Shown here one piece after another: positions 22,171 to 33,434 of a DNA stretch of 64,000 nt (the first letter of the stretch is position 1; the number at the start of each line of letters is the position of its first letter). Under the pieces are notes generated by a model. It was given only the letters and a program-made list of their open reading frames with translations, searched no databases and was not told the origin of the DNA. A program made the position numbers and the translations under genes. The DNA comes from Candidatus Poribacteria bacterium (GTDB lineage: Bacteria > Poribacteria > WGA-4E > UBA9662), in assembly GCA_036339735.1 (NCBI GenBank), contig JAYZAL010000038.1, forward strand, positions 1 through 64,000, in the 5' to 3' direction.

Positions 22171-23142
22171 TTGAAAACAAGAGAGAACAGTACAAGAAAT
22201 ATATCCATTATTGGTACAGGTTTAAGTGCGATATTTGCAGCGAGAATAATCCAAGAAAGGTCAGATAGAAAAGTTATTCTTTTTGATAAGGCAAGGGGCG
22301 TTGGAGGACGATTGGCGACAAGAAGGTCCGAAAATGGTAAATTCGATCACGGACTCCAATACTTTGATATTGAATCCATATCAGGTATACCAGAAATTCA
22401 AGAATTAATTGAAAAAGAAATAATTACTTCGATTTCAGGGTCTAACCGTTTTTTTGCTCCTGGAGGTATGACTAATATTGCAAAATATCTACTACAAAAT
22501 TATCAAATCAATAAAGAGCACAAACTGACTTCAATTTCTTCTAGAGACAAAGGTTTTCAAATCAGTTTTGAAAACGGTAAACATTATGTCTGCGATGATA
22601 TGATCTTGTCTTCTCCAATTCCACAAACTTTAGAAATACTAGAGAATAGCCAAGTAGTGATTAGCCCAGATACTTTGGGTTGCTTGAAGAAATTAGCTTA
22701 TGACATGTGTCTAGTAGTAATGGTAGAAGCAAATAACAAGCTTGAAAAAAAGAAAAATGAGCTTGGCTTAAAAGTGGGAAATGCCAAAATTTCGTGGATT
22801 GGAGATAACCATGTGAAAAATGTTTCTGACACTGTCAATTTTTATACAATTCACTGTTCTCCAGAGTTTAGTTTGGATAATTTTGACAAAAGTGATGACA
22901 AGATAAACGAAGCTTTAGATATTGAATTACAATCATATTTCCACGAAGGATATAGAATCTTATCCAATCACAAATGGCGATATTCGATACCAAAATCCTT
23001 TTATCAACTCGATACATCCTTGGTTCTCGAGTCCGATGGATTTTTGGGATTGTGTGGAGATATTTTTACCAATGGCAGATTTGATGGGGCAATACAATCG
23101 GGAATATCAATCGCTAAAAAGTATTTAACATATGATTTTTAG
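22171..23142 (+). CDS. Renalase-like FAD/NAD(P)-dependent oxidoreductase
   Basis: IIGTGLSA, FDKARGVGGRLATRR, FDHGLQYF, HKWRYS.P, CGD...GAIQSG. Confidence 0.88.
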   Translation: MKTRENSTRNISIIGTGLSAIFAARIIQERSDRKVILFDKARGVGGRLATRRSENGKFDHGLQYFDIESISGIPEIQELIEKEIITSISGSNRFFAPGGMTNIAKYLLQNYQINKEHKLTSISSRDKGFQISFENGKHYVCDDMILSSPIPQTLEILENSQVVISPDTLGCLKKLAYDMCLVVMVEANNKLEKKKNELGLKVGNAKISWIGDNHVKNVSDTVNFYTIHCSPEFSLDNFDKSDDKINEALDIELQSYFHEGYRILSNHKWRYSIPKSFYQLDTSLVLESDGFLGLCGDIFTNGRFDGAIQSGISIAKKYLTYDF

Positions 23143-23361
23143 ATCAACTTAAAAAACCTAAGCAACTATTTGACCACCGTTGGATTAGTTCACAACTAAA
23201 CTTGTTGATTATGTCTGTATTGGATCAAACTGATTGCTACTGAAATTCTCTAAAGTTTGGTCTTCTTAATAGAGTAGCTCTAAAATCCTGAACGGGTCAG
23301 TAAGCGTAATTCCCAAGGTGTGTCAATCACATCGAGCAAACGTCAGTAGTATGGACTTTCT

Positions 23362-24213
23362 CTAAATTAACCGCTCATCTGGAAATCTATTGTACTCCAT
23401 CGGTATAGCATCACCAGAATAATTGGGGATAACTTCCAAAATTTCATGAAGCGCAGATTCTGGCCATTTTCCATGTTTCGTATGGAATTGCTGATGGATC
23501 CAACTTTTTGTCCTTGGATGAAGGTCATCGAAATGCGGGTGATACCAGATGGTAATTACGGTTCGGCGTTCATCTGATTGGTTCTCGTGTGTTGCATGAA
23601 ACATACGTGCATCTCCAATCACTACATCTCCAGCATACATAGGTAGATCCTTTTCTCCCTCGTAATCCAAAAATCTAGGATCGTTGAGGTTTTTCATGTC
23701 GTTAATTTCTGATGTGTGGGCCTCACCCATTTCGTGCAGTATATGCCTCTTTCGATGAGTCCCTGGTAAAATTCTTAAGCACCCATTTTCTCTACTAGTG
23801 TCTTCCATGTAGTACATTAAAAAGATCATTGGGGCAATTTCACCGTATGACCTTGGGTCATCCCACATTAGGCAATCCTGATGCCAATATAGACGAGGAC
23901 CTCTTGGTGGCTTACTGATTATAACGGCTTTCCAGAAAGCACAATCATTCAATCCCATCTGATTTAATGCTTGTAAGACCACAGGGTTACCGACTATTCC
24001 AGAAAGTTCCGGATAGTCATCCGAGTCCACCATCAAACCAGGAGACTGATTTTTATTTGACTGTAAGTCAGCGTGCTTGGCAATCGCTTCATATACACAG
24101 TTCCTTGTGCGACTGAGTAGCTCACTACTTACTACATTCTTCAGGATACAATAACCTTCGCTTTGTAACTGTTCGCGACTGGAAGACAACATCTGCTTTT
24201 TTCTATAATCCAT
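23362..24213 (-). CDS. PhyH family Fe/2OG oxygenase
   Basis: EGYC, WHQD, ENGCLR.LPGTH, FHATH.N....RR. Confidence 0.9.
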   Translation of the reverse strand: MDYRKKQMLSSSREQLQSEGYCILKNVVSSELLSRTRNCVYEAIAKHADLQSNKNQSPGLMVDSDDYPELSGIVGNPVVLQALNQMGLNDCAFWKAVIISKPPRGPRLYWHQDCLMWDDPRSYGEIAPMIFLMYYMEDTSRENGCLRILPGTHRKRHILHEMGEAHTSEINDMKNLNDPRFLDYEGEKDLPMYAGDVVIGDARMFHATHENQSDERRTVITIWYHPHFDDLHPRTKSWIHQQFHTKHGKWPESALHEILEVIPNYSGDAIPMEYNRFPDERLI

Positions 24214-24870
24214 TAGTCGAATCCCTAATCAAGAAGAAATACCAAGTACAAGAATCAGGATTACTATTTTAGTCTGAATAAAATTTAAGGACAACGTAAT
24301 ATGTTGGCTATACAAGCACTTTTGTAGAGGAGGTCACAACTTCAATATCTAATTTGATTATTAGGGGTTATTTGTCCCTCTTAACATACTTATCACATTT
24401 ATTAGAACAAAAAAATATTCATACATTTAGTAGCGCATCGTCTACTTTGTAATTATGTAAGGCCAGATTGGTTTCAGAAAGTGCAAGCTGGACGCGAGTT
24501 TATTGGGTTATGAAGTTCTTAATTATTTACTTTTCTTTTTGATACAAAATATCATGTGTAATTGAAAAAATATTGTCAACCAAGTAACAGGGGTCATCCA
24601 AAAATTCAAACGAGTAATTTTCCCTGAAGGTATTTCTTGAATAGAGATTTCAGGTCTTTTACATTTAGTTATATTTAGAAAATGAGACTATCAGTTGATT
24701 TTTAACAATAATTCGAGATTCATTAAGTTGATAGTTCAACAGTTGCACATATTAAATTTCCTTTTTATAACTAAACTTAAAAGTAGGGGAAATTTGCTCA
24801 CCTGTGGTAAGTTGACCAATTTGGGAAGCTATGATAAGTTCTGGGCTAAGATTTATATGGTAGGAACCAA

Positions 24871-26022
24871 ATGGGAAAAAATTATCAATCTCTATCTGAG
24901 GTTAGAAAAGAACTACGTGTCGATTGGTATAGGTGTCCTATAGAATCCTCAAAATTGCGTGAATTATCAAAAAGGAGTGATTTGCAAGGTTGGTTTCAAG
25001 CTGGTGGGCACCTTGCTTTATTCATATTTACTGCAACGTTATCTTACTACTTCTGGCAACTCAAAAACTGGCCTATTGTAGTAATTACACTTTTTGTACA
25101 TGGAACCATTGGAAGTTTTTTTAGTGGTGTTGCACCACATGAATTAGGACACGGTACTGTTTTTAAAACTAAGTGGTTGAATAAGTTTTTTATGTATCTT
25201 TTCAGCCTTCTAAGTTGGTGGGACCCTTTTGACTATGCTACTAGCCATACTTATCATCATAGATACACACAATATGTAGATGGTGATCGCGAAAACGTGT
25301 TTCCTCTCGAACCAAATTTGGGAATTGGTTTTTTGTTTCAAATTTTCACTATAAATATCTTTTCTAGACCTGGTCGGTCATTTGGAAAGGGAGGCTTAAT
25401 TTACACAATTTACTTAACTTTTAGATCTGCGATGGGCAAAGTTGGATCGGTCCAAATTCCTAGCCAAGAATGGTTACAAGCTTTACATAATGATCAACCC
25501 AGACAACATCGAAAATCAGTTTGGTGGTCAAGGATACAACTTATATTTCATGGATCTGTTTTGGTCTATTCAATTTTGACGAAGCAGTGGATATTCTTAT
25601 TTTTGCTAAATTTTTTCTCGTTCACAGCTAATTGGTTAGGATATTTTGTCGGCATGACACAACATTGTGGGTTACAAGGTAATGTTTCAGACTTTCGTAA
25701 ATGTGTTCGTTCTATTAGAATCAACCCTTTTACATCTTTCTTATACTGGCGGATGAACTGGCACACCGAGCATCATATGTATGCGGGGGTTCCTTGTTAT
25801 AATTTGAAAAAATTATCCCAGATTATTGCCGACGATATGCCTCAACCGAGAACATTATTAGATGCATGGCGTGAAATGTTAGAAATTCAGAAAAAGCAAA
25901 TGGAAGATCCGACTTATCAATTTGATACCCCTTTGCCAGCATCAGCAAATCAAAAGTCAATAAAAAATTCGGATGAGCTAGTTGACTCAATTGGCGAGTT
26001 AGCACCCGCAGGTCTGGAGTAG
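24871..26022 (+). CDS. Membrane fatty-acid desaturase-family diiron enzyme
   Basis: His boxes HELGH, HTYHH, HTEHH; TM segments; VP.YNL. Confidence 0.88.
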   Translation: MGKNYQSLSEVRKELRVDWYRCPIESSKLRELSKRSDLQGWFQAGGHLALFIFTATLSYYFWQLKNWPIVVITLFVHGTIGSFFSGVAPHELGHGTVFKTKWLNKFFMYLFSLLSWWDPFDYATSHTYHHRYTQYVDGDRENVFPLEPNLGIGFLFQIFTINIFSRPGRSFGKGGLIYTIYLTFRSAMGKVGSVQIPSQEWLQALHNDQPRQHRKSVWWSRIQLIFHGSVLVYSILTKQWIFLFLLNFFSFTANWLGYFVGMTQHCGLQGNVSDFRKCVRSIRINPFTSFLYWRMNWHTEHHMYAGVPCYNLKKLSQIIADDMPQPRTLLDAWREMLEIQKKQMEDPTYQFDTPLPASANQKSIKNSDELVDSIGELAPAGLE

Positions 26023-26449
26023 ATCGATCCGATTGAAAATGATTAGCTAAATCAAAATTTTTATCAGTTCCAATAGTTGTTCATCAGTTGATTCTCTGCC
26101 CCAGCAAACCTCAACTCTTACCTGCATAAAAGGATTCAGATAATTTGTTGATGGGGATCCATCTCATGACTATAATTGTCAGAGATTTGATTGAAGGTGT
26201 CTTCATCTTTCCGTTTCACTTATCTACAGTAGAAGTGCGTATGAGTTCGGTTATGCTGAGTTAAATTGAAAAAACGTTGCATCACAATGTCTATCTGGAA
26301 ATATATAAAAGTAGTCAGGTCTTCGGTAAATCTGTCTGGGAAATAATTTTCACGTTTTCCACTTTTGCATCTTGGCCGAACCCAACGCACGGAAGTAGGT
26401 GGAAATAATTTATTTGAAAGATAAATATCAGGATTTAGAAGTAAAGTAG

Positions 26450-27443
26450 ATGTCTGTTTATATTGCCGATTCTCGTCGATATGGGACAATGCAGTACCGT
26501 CGATGTGGTCGAAGTGGCATCAAGTTACCTTTGATTTCGATAGGTTTATGGAAGAATTTGGGGGGATGATCCTATTGAAACTAGCCGATCGATTTTGCAT
26601 AGAGCTTTTGATTTGGGAATTACCCATTTCGATCTCGCGAACAATTACGGCCCGCCTTACGGTTCTGCCGAAGCAAATTTCGGTAAGATCCTGAATGATG
26701 ACTTTTTGGTCTACAGAGATGAAATGATTATTTCAACTAAAGCGGGTTTTGATATGTGGCCCGGTCCCTATGGTAATTGGGGATCTCGTAAATACTTAGT
26801 GGCAAGTTTGGATCAAAGTTTACAAAGGATGGGACTCGATTATGTTGATATTTTCTATCACCACCGGCCTGATCCTGAAACTCCTCTAGAAGAGACCATG
26901 TCTGCCTTAGATAGCATAGTGCGGTCAGGTAAAGCATTATACGTGGGTATTTCAAATTACTATTCTACTGAATTGACCCAAAAGGCGAACCAAATCCTGA
27001 AGTATCTTGGAACACCGTGCCTGATTCACCAACCACGCTATAATCTAATGGACCGACGAATTGAAAATAGTTTGTTAAAAACTTTAGAAAGTGAGGGGGT
27101 TGGTTGTATCCCTTTTTCAGTTCTCAATCAAGGGATTTTGAGCAATAAGTATCTGGGGCAAATCCCTGAAGGATCCAGAATAGCTAAAGCCCATACACCG
27201 ATGGAGAAAAGTAACTTAACAGATCATCTAACGCAAAAAATAGGCCACTTGAACAAGATAGCACTTGAACGGGGATAATCCTTAGCTCAAATGGCGCTGG
27301 CCTGAGTACTACGAAATGAGTCAGTAACGACTGCTCTATGTGGGGTCAGCCAGCCGAAATAAATTGAAGACAATGTTAAAGCTCTCAATTATCTAGAATT
27401 TGGTTCTGATGAGTTAGCAGAAATTGATCAAATTGTATCTTAA
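26450..27443 (+). pseudogene. Aldo/keto reductase (YghZ/Gpr/MgrA-like) pseudogene
   Basis: MQYRRCGRSGIKLP.ISIGLW at true start 26450; frameshift in G run ~26560; GITHFDLANNYGPP; three in-frame stops in RG*SLAQMALA*VLR...PK*IEDN; ends TAA 27443. Confidence 0.9.
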
Positions 27444-28182
27444 ATGAGCTGATCATCGGTCCTTAGGAAAATACCTCTTGCATGAATCCGATAGAAAATA
27501 GAGAAGATATTTCACCTAGTATGGCAATAATATGAAGTGGAATTTCCGTGTGTGAGTATGAAAAAATAAAATAGATCAACAAACCATTATATGCTTTTTA
27601 TAAAATTACAATTGACATATTTAACTGATTCTTAAATTAAAATCCCAATTCAGAGACAGATTGATGTCTTAAAATGGAGCGAGGAAAAAGCTGTTTATTA
27701 CTTTAATACTTCTAAACTTCTTTTCTTTTTGTTACACCTAATATTTGTTTGCAATCGCCTAATCCAGAGCATACATTTCTGCTGTTGTCCGTGTTATGCA
27801 ACAAAAGGTGCATTGTTTGTGTGAGGCAATGCACCTTCATCAGCAGTAATTACTTAGTCGGTATTCGGTTAGATGTGTGCCCACCCAAACGAGTTAAAAC
27901 CTGTATAGAAAAATGAGGCACTCCCATTATATGACACAATCTTTGGGCTCATACCAGTAGTGCACGACCTATGTACTACTACAGAATCTTCTACATTCAT
28001 TGGATACAAAAGTACGAATCACAAGTGTATCCTATTCAAGAAAAGAACTCATAAAGTTTGACGGCTGTCCTATTTGACCCCTAGGGAGCCTAGTTTCGGG
28101 GCCAATATGAGTCTCGCGGACAATTTCTAAGGCTCAAACGTTTCATTTCGCTCTAAATTAGAGCCCAATAAAAGCTAGTTGA

Positions 28183-28572
28183 TTACACGTTGACTTCATA
28201 ACTAAGCTTAATCTCATCACCGTGCATACCACGGAATCCCCAATTCGAAGCTGGACTTTCACTAATACAAATTTCTAAATCCATATGGCTGATGCCAACT
28301 TGTGCTTGAATCCTATCAAAAAGGAGGCGTATCAATCTCTTTTTGGTTTCACTTGTCCTACCTTCTATCATGGAAATTTCGATTATGGTGTAAGAATCCG
28401 TTCTGCCTTTGGGCATGAAGAAATTTTCTTTCTCTACAGGAATGAATCTCTGGGCACGCTTATCTTCAGGCATTCCTAGCGCATCCATAACACATGAATG
28501 CACTGTCGAAGACAATTTTTCTCTTATTGATATTAACTTGTTGCTGACACCAAAGATTTTAATTTGAGGCAT
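28183..28572 (-). CDS. Tautomerase family protein
   Basis: N-terminal Pro, P.DKR.QRF, IEISMIEGRT.E.KK.L, NWGFRG. Confidence 0.85.
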   Translation of the reverse strand: MPQIKIFGVSNKLISIREKLSSTVHSCVMDALGMPEDKRAQRFIPVEKENFFMPKGRTDSYTIIEISMIEGRTSETKKRLIRLLFDRIQAQVGISHMDLEICISESPASNWGFRGMHGDEIKLSYEVNV

Positions 28573-28777
28573 GTATTTTCGCTCCCTATTTGTATTAAGG
28601 CTGACTAGTCTATCTCAGATCGTAATCACGCTCTTTGAGTTTAATAAAACCATAGCACCTAATTTTTCATTGGCCATCTCCACCCCCTAACTCCGGAAAG
28701 ATAAAATAGAAAAATAACATCTGTTAAATGAAAAGCTGAATTTGGTTGAGTTCAGTTTCAATCGTTTGCTTCCTCAG

Positions 28778-29554
28778 CTAGCTTTTCTTTGCTACTGTTA
28801 GCATATTCACCGTTTCCTGCTCTGACAATTTTGAACCGTTCAATTCGTACTGACCCAAGACTTCAAATCCATTCCTAATCAATATTCTTCTTAGCTCTCT
28901 TGCTGTATAAATTTGTAGAGTAAATTTATCCTTGAGAACTTTCGGCTCATTACATTCTTTTTCTATAGTAAAACAATCATAAGATGTGAGACGTCCATTT
29001 TCTCTATCTATCTCAGAATTTTGACTATGGTAGATTTTAGTATCACCTGTTATTACCTTCACGTCCATTGCTAGGTTCTTTATTGCATCATCAGTCATTG
29101 CGTTCAAATTAAATATATCAAATACATATACTCCTCCAATTACTAGATTTTCATGTATATTTCTGATTCCTTTCTCAAAATCAGTTTTGGTAAGATGCCC
29201 TATAGCATTGAATATAGTTATAGCCGCATCAAAACTACCCACCTGCGTTTCACGAACATCGCCTTCTATCAGTTCTACACCTAACTTTTTTTGCTGAGAT
29301 TTTTCTCTTGCTATCTTCAACAAGAAAGGGCTGAGATCGACTCCCGTCACTTGGTAGCCCAATGTTGTAAGCCCGAACAATTGAGCGCCAGTGCCACAAG
29401 TAAAGTCTAACACTGTCTTTACTTTATGTTGGCTAAGTATCCTATCAATAAAATGATTTTTCCGATCTATCTCATCTTGACTCGCACTTAGTAAGTCGTA
29501 GTACTTGTACAATTTGCTATATGTAAGCGGAAATCCTAATTGATTTTTACCCAT
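28778..29554 (-). CDS. Class I SAM-dependent methyltransferase
   Basis: VLDFTCGTG, GVDLS, FDAAI, GGVYVFD. Confidence 0.88.
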   Translation of the reverse strand: MGKNQLGFPLTYSKLYKYYDLLSASQDEIDRKNHFIDRILSQHKVKTVLDFTCGTGAQLFGLTTLGYQVTGVDLSPFLLKIAREKSQQKKLGVELIEGDVRETQVGSFDAAITIFNAIGHLTKTDFEKGIRNIHENLVIGGVYVFDIFNLNAMTDDAIKNLAMDVKVITGDTKIYHSQNSEIDRENGRLTSYDCFTIEKECNEPKVLKDKFTLQIYTARELRRILIRNGFEVLGQYELNGSKLSEQETVNMLTVAKKS

Positions 29555-29874
29555 TATGGTTCTAAATTTTTCAACTTAAGGGAATGTAATTAAACATACG
29601 ATAGCTATTTGGAGCAGAGAATAAGATCTGACATAGTCCTTTTCCTGAGATTTACTGACAGGCAAATCCATTTCATATGTGTCCTGTAGCATATAACGGA
29701 CACCCCATATCTACAATGGTTGAATTACCTAATAGTTCCTACCCTACTTCTTTGTCTCCAGAACACCGACGTATCACCCGTATTGTATGTAGACATTAAA
29801 GGACCAGTTTGGCCACTAGACCACATACAATACAATAAGTTCAGCTTATAGCTTTGGCTGAAAAAATATTTAGC

Positions 29875-31197
29875 CTAAATTTCATCCAGAATGGCGTGAT
29901 CTTCAATAGAGATTAAGCCGGCAACCGTACCTTCTGGGTGTTGATACCAACCTGGATCCCGGTAATTAGTCAAATCTGACCTTACTTTAAGCAGAGTAAA
30001 CATGCCACCCATGGTGATATAGTCAAAAGGTCCATCGCCACCAACCATAGGCAACGAGTTATCTGGGACAGGCATTCCTCCCTTTTCAATATGTATACCC
30101 ATTTCCCCCATCCCGTCTTCACCCATTGGCATGTAGTCGGGTAGTAATCGACTAATTTGGTCTGCCGCTGTCGCTTTTTTCATGCCGATGACATTTCGAA
30201 AATCATGCCCCATCTGATTCATTACATGATGTGTCATATGACAATGTAAAGGCCAATCACCATTTTCACTAGCGATAAATTCAATCTCACGGGTACTACC
30301 AACCGGTACCAAAACGGTCGTTTCTGGCCATTGGGCAGATACTGGGAGCCGTCCACCATCCGTGGCTACGACCTTGAAATAATGGCCATGTAAGTGAATC
30401 GAATGATGATCCATAGCGCTTAAATTACCTAATCGAATACGAATCCTATCTCCGAGCTTGGCTACTAACGGAGCCGTACCAGGAAAGCAACGAGCATTCA
30501 TGGTCAAAACATTAAAGTCTTTCATTTCGTTAGGATTAGGTCGGAATGTACCAGGATCTAATCTCCACTCACTTAGCATGATAGCAAAATCACGATCTAC
30601 CTGATATTCAGGTGATTGATGGCGCGGATGAAAAATCATCATACCCATCATGCCCATCGCCATCTGAGTCATCTCGTCATGATGTGAGTGGTACATAAAA
30701 GTTCCCGATTGCCTGACGGTCCATTCGTACTTAAATGTCTGACCTGGCTTTATGGCGGGTTGGGTTAGCCCACCTACGCCATCCATTCCATTAGGCAAGA
30801 AAACGCCGTGCCAATGGACTGTGGTTGGTGCAATCAAGTTATTGGTGACATAAATCCTTATCCTATCACCTTCAACGGCCTCAATAGTTGGTCCATGCAC
30901 CTGTCCGTTGTAACCCCAACATTTACCTTTCATACCAGGTGCGAATTCATGCCATATTTCTTCGGCCACTAGGTGATAAACTTTAACTCCATTTACGATT
31001 TTCCAAGGTAAAAAAGTCCCGTTAGGCGTTTCAACCGGCTGATAATCTTGAACCGGTTGTCCAGGCGATAGAATAGGTTCGTTTGGGTTTCCAGCGTAAG
31101 ATTTCTCCCACTGTTGAGTTTGGCTTGCCTGAGCTAGGCCTAAAGCTTTACCCCCACCAGCTAATACACCAGTTTTTAACAAGTCTCGTCTTTGCAT
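29875..31197 (-). CDS. Tat-exported multicopper oxidase, Met-rich C-terminus
   Basis: Likely start MQRRDLLK (31197) just after the TolC stop; HWHG, YHSH, HSIHLHGH, HCHMTHH copper motifs. Confidence 0.9.
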   Translation of the reverse strand: MQRRDLLKTGVLAGGGKALGLAQASQTQQWEKSYAGNPNEPILSPGQPVQDYQPVETPNGTFLPWKIVNGVKVYHLVAEEIWHEFAPGMKGKCWGYNGQVHGPTIEAVEGDRIRIYVTNNLIAPTTVHWHGVFLPNGMDGVGGLTQPAIKPGQTFKYEWTVRQSGTFMYHSHHDEMTQMAMGMMGMMIFHPRHQSPEYQVDRDFAIMLSEWRLDPGTFRPNPNEMKDFNVLTMNARCFPGTAPLVAKLGDRIRIRLGNLSAMDHHSIHLHGHYFKVVATDGGRLPVSAQWPETTVLVPVGSTREIEFIASENGDWPLHCHMTHHVMNQMGHDFRNVIGMKKATAADQISRLLPDYMPMGEDGMGEMGIHIEKGGMPVPDNSLPMVGGDGPFDYITMGGMFTLLKVRSDLTNYRDPGWYQHPEGTVAGLISIEDHAILDEI

Positions 31198-31198
31198 A

Positions 31199-32668
31199 TT
31201 AATGGGCTCCATCAGAATATTCAATTTCAATTTTTTTATTATGGGTTGGTTGTTGGTCTTCTTCACTTGGTAGTCGGCCATTCAACAATTGTCTCAGTTG
31301 TGAAGCCTTAATTAGGTAATTGTAACCGGCTTGAAAATAGTCTAACTGGTGTTTAGCGAGTTGTTGCCTGGCTTCCAGTAGACGGATGGTTCCAATTTGC
31401 ATCGCATTATATTGCAGTTGTTGTTGTTCCAAAATTTGATTTTGTCCAGGTAAAACTTGATTTTGATAAAAGTCAACCACCCTTTTTGCACTGATTAGTT
31501 CTGCCTTGAGAATTCTAGCTCTGGATCGAACTTCGACAGCGGTTTGGTAATAAGAGTGCTCTAAGTTTTTTTCCCTAGATTCAAGCATTGATTTTTGGGC
31601 CTGTCCACGATTAAAAATAGGCAATGCTAAACCAATTAGTGGTCCAATCTTTTTTTCTGTCTGGCCTGAAGCGGTTTCCATACCTATTTCAAAATGAGGC
31701 AACAATCCACGCCTCTGCTCTAAGCTAATCTGTTTCCGAATTAGATTGATTTCCTGTTTCTGAATTTTGAGATTGATATTAGCTTCAACAGCCTGATTTT
31801 CAATCTGACTCAGATTGTTTGATTTAATACTGGTTTCTAGGAGAGGTAAAGGTAAATCTGATGGTTGGATCTGCCAGTTAATGTCTTTGCCCCATAACCC
31901 CATCAGTTGGTTAAGTCGCTCACGACTACGACGATAATCATCCTCAACTGTTAATAGACTTAGTTTAGCTTGTTGATAGATGGAAGTTTGTTGTAGGAAA
32001 TCCAAACGAGTAAGGTTACCAGCCTGAAATAGACCAGTGGCAAAATCTGTGGCAGCTTCGTTGGCGAGCACAATTTGGCGATGGACTTCCATACGATACC
32101 AATCAGTTACCAATTGGTGGTATGCTTGCTCAGTTTGACTAATCAAGTCGATTACTTCAGCTCTAATTTGATGAGCTGTCATTTTTACGTAGTACTTTTG
32201 TATTGCCTGTTGTTTAGGGTTAAATAACAGATCAGCTATATCCATACTGATAACCATCTCTGACTCTGCTGAATGTGCATGTTCATTTGGCCAATCTGTA
32301 TGCAGAGAAAAGTGAAGCGACGGGTTTGACCAAATCCCTGAAGCAACCCACTCTGCCTGATCGATGCCTAGCCGTTGGAAACTAGCCTGAAGGGATCTAT
32401 TATTAAGCAAAGCCATTTGGACTGTCCGTTGCAGATCAAGTGGCTGAGACAACATTTCTTCCCGTTTAGCTGAAGATAACGCACCCATTTTAAGCTGATG
32501 ACTAGTCTGTTGTTTAGTAACGGTGCTAATTTCCGAAAAAGTTTGTTGTACAGAGAAATTAGCACAGCCAGTTGCTATAAGCCCAATTACCCACGAGACG
32601 AGCAATATTAGAAACAATGTCTTGAGTCTCCACCAATTTTCAATGATTACTTTCTTTCTATTGGTCAT
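31199..32668 (-). CDS. TolC/CusC-family outer membrane lipoprotein
   Basis: Lipobox ATGC; A..NN..LQA, LPIFNRGQ, YNAMQIG...LL; coupled to MCO. Confidence 0.85.
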   Translation of the reverse strand: MTNRKKVIIENWWRLKTLFLILLVSWVIGLIATGCANFSVQQTFSEISTVTKQQTSHQLKMGALSSAKREEMLSQPLDLQRTVQMALLNNRSLQASFQRLGIDQAEWVASGIWSNPSLHFSLHTDWPNEHAHSAESEMVISMDIADLLFNPKQQAIQKYYVKMTAHQIRAEVIDLISQTEQAYHQLVTDWYRMEVHRQIVLANEAATDFATGLFQAGNLTRLDFLQQTSIYQQAKLSLLTVEDDYRRSRERLNQLMGLWGKDINWQIQPSDLPLPLLETSIKSNNLSQIENQAVEANINLKIQKQEINLIRKQISLEQRRGLLPHFEIGMETASGQTEKKIGPLIGLALPIFNRGQAQKSMLESREKNLEHSYYQTAVEVRSRARILKAELISAKRVVDFYQNQVLPGQNQILEQQQLQYNAMQIGTIRLLEARQQLAKHQLDYFQAGYNYLIKASQLRQLLNGRLPSEEDQQPTHNKKIEIEYSDGAH

Positions 32669-33368
32669 TACTTTCTCCCTGAGTCATTAGTGAACTAGTT
32701 TCTAGCTTAAATGCCTGACTATAGCACTTTAGCATCGTTGCACCAAAATAAGGGTTTCTCACCTCGGCCACCGATTGTAACCAGACTCCTTTTTGTGGTA
32801 CGTGTGGGGCCATACCACACACAAATCCGTAAACTTTCACAGGAAGAGCTAATTTATGTAGCCAATCCAATAAGCTATGGCTTAAAAAACCGTAATGCTT
32901 ACGAGCATCTTGTATGGAGCTAGAAGAGGATAATTGATGACCATACTGATGGATTTTTTCTAGAATCTGAATTATCTTAAGGTCTTCTTGGTTCGTTACA
33001 CTTTTTAGCTGATCTAAGGCAGATAAAAATGTGTGGGATTGAGAGGGAATCGTATCGTATTTGTCCTTAGCTAGCCGATTACCAACGGCAAAGTAAGCTT
33101 CTAACATATTTTGTAAGTATTTAATTGCTTCGTTGGATAAGGCTAAGGTTGAACCTTTCGGCATTTTAGCCCTTTCGCTTTGCCGAATTAGCAGAGTATT
33201 TTTTGATTGATCTAGATTAGTTGAATCTATTTTTGCCGATGTGGGTTGAGCAGGATGGATATTCGAACTATTGGGTGCAGAGTGATGACTACAACCAAAG
33301 ATGAACGCAAATACAAGGGCCGTAATGATCGAAATTAACATATGAATTAGTCGAATGAGGTTTCTCAT
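32658..33368 (-). CDS. DUF3347-domain lipoprotein (metal-efflux associated)
   Basis: Lipobox IFGC; Y..V...LA.D, AR..YG.LS, C.MA....WLQ....NPYFG..M..C. Confidence 0.75.
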   Translation of the reverse strand: MRNLIRLIHMLISIITALVFAFIFGCSHHSAPNSSNIHPAQPTSAKIDSTNLDQSKNTLLIRQSERAKMPKGSTLALSNEAIKYLQNMLEAYFAVGNRLAKDKYDTIPSQSHTFLSALDQLKSVTNQEDLKIIQILEKIHQYGHQLSSSSSIQDARKHYGFLSHSLLDWLHKLALPVKVYGFVCGMAPHVPQKGVWLQSVAEVRNPYFGATMLKCYSQAFKLETSSLMTQGESNDQ

Positions 33369-33434
33369 AACAATCTCCTATCTTAACCATAAATTATCCA
33401 AGTCTTAGATGGTTCAATTGATGATTTGGTGACT

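Noticed and set aside
27276-27362. Stop-codon reassignment suggested by in-frame TAA/TGA at Gln/Trp positions
   Set aside because: All three stop codons terminate intact genes in the window, and the affected genes also have frameshifts or deletions; ordinary decay fits better.
27755-27875. Integron attC-like site (GCCTAAT, GTTATGC, GTTAGAT near a hairpin)
   Set aside because: No properly paired RYYYAAC...GTTRRRY, no repeat after neighbouring genes, no integrase.
31198-31281. Extended N-terminus of the multicopper oxidase in the ORF track
   Set aside because: Overlaps TolC; the Tat signal and RBS point to the start at 31197.
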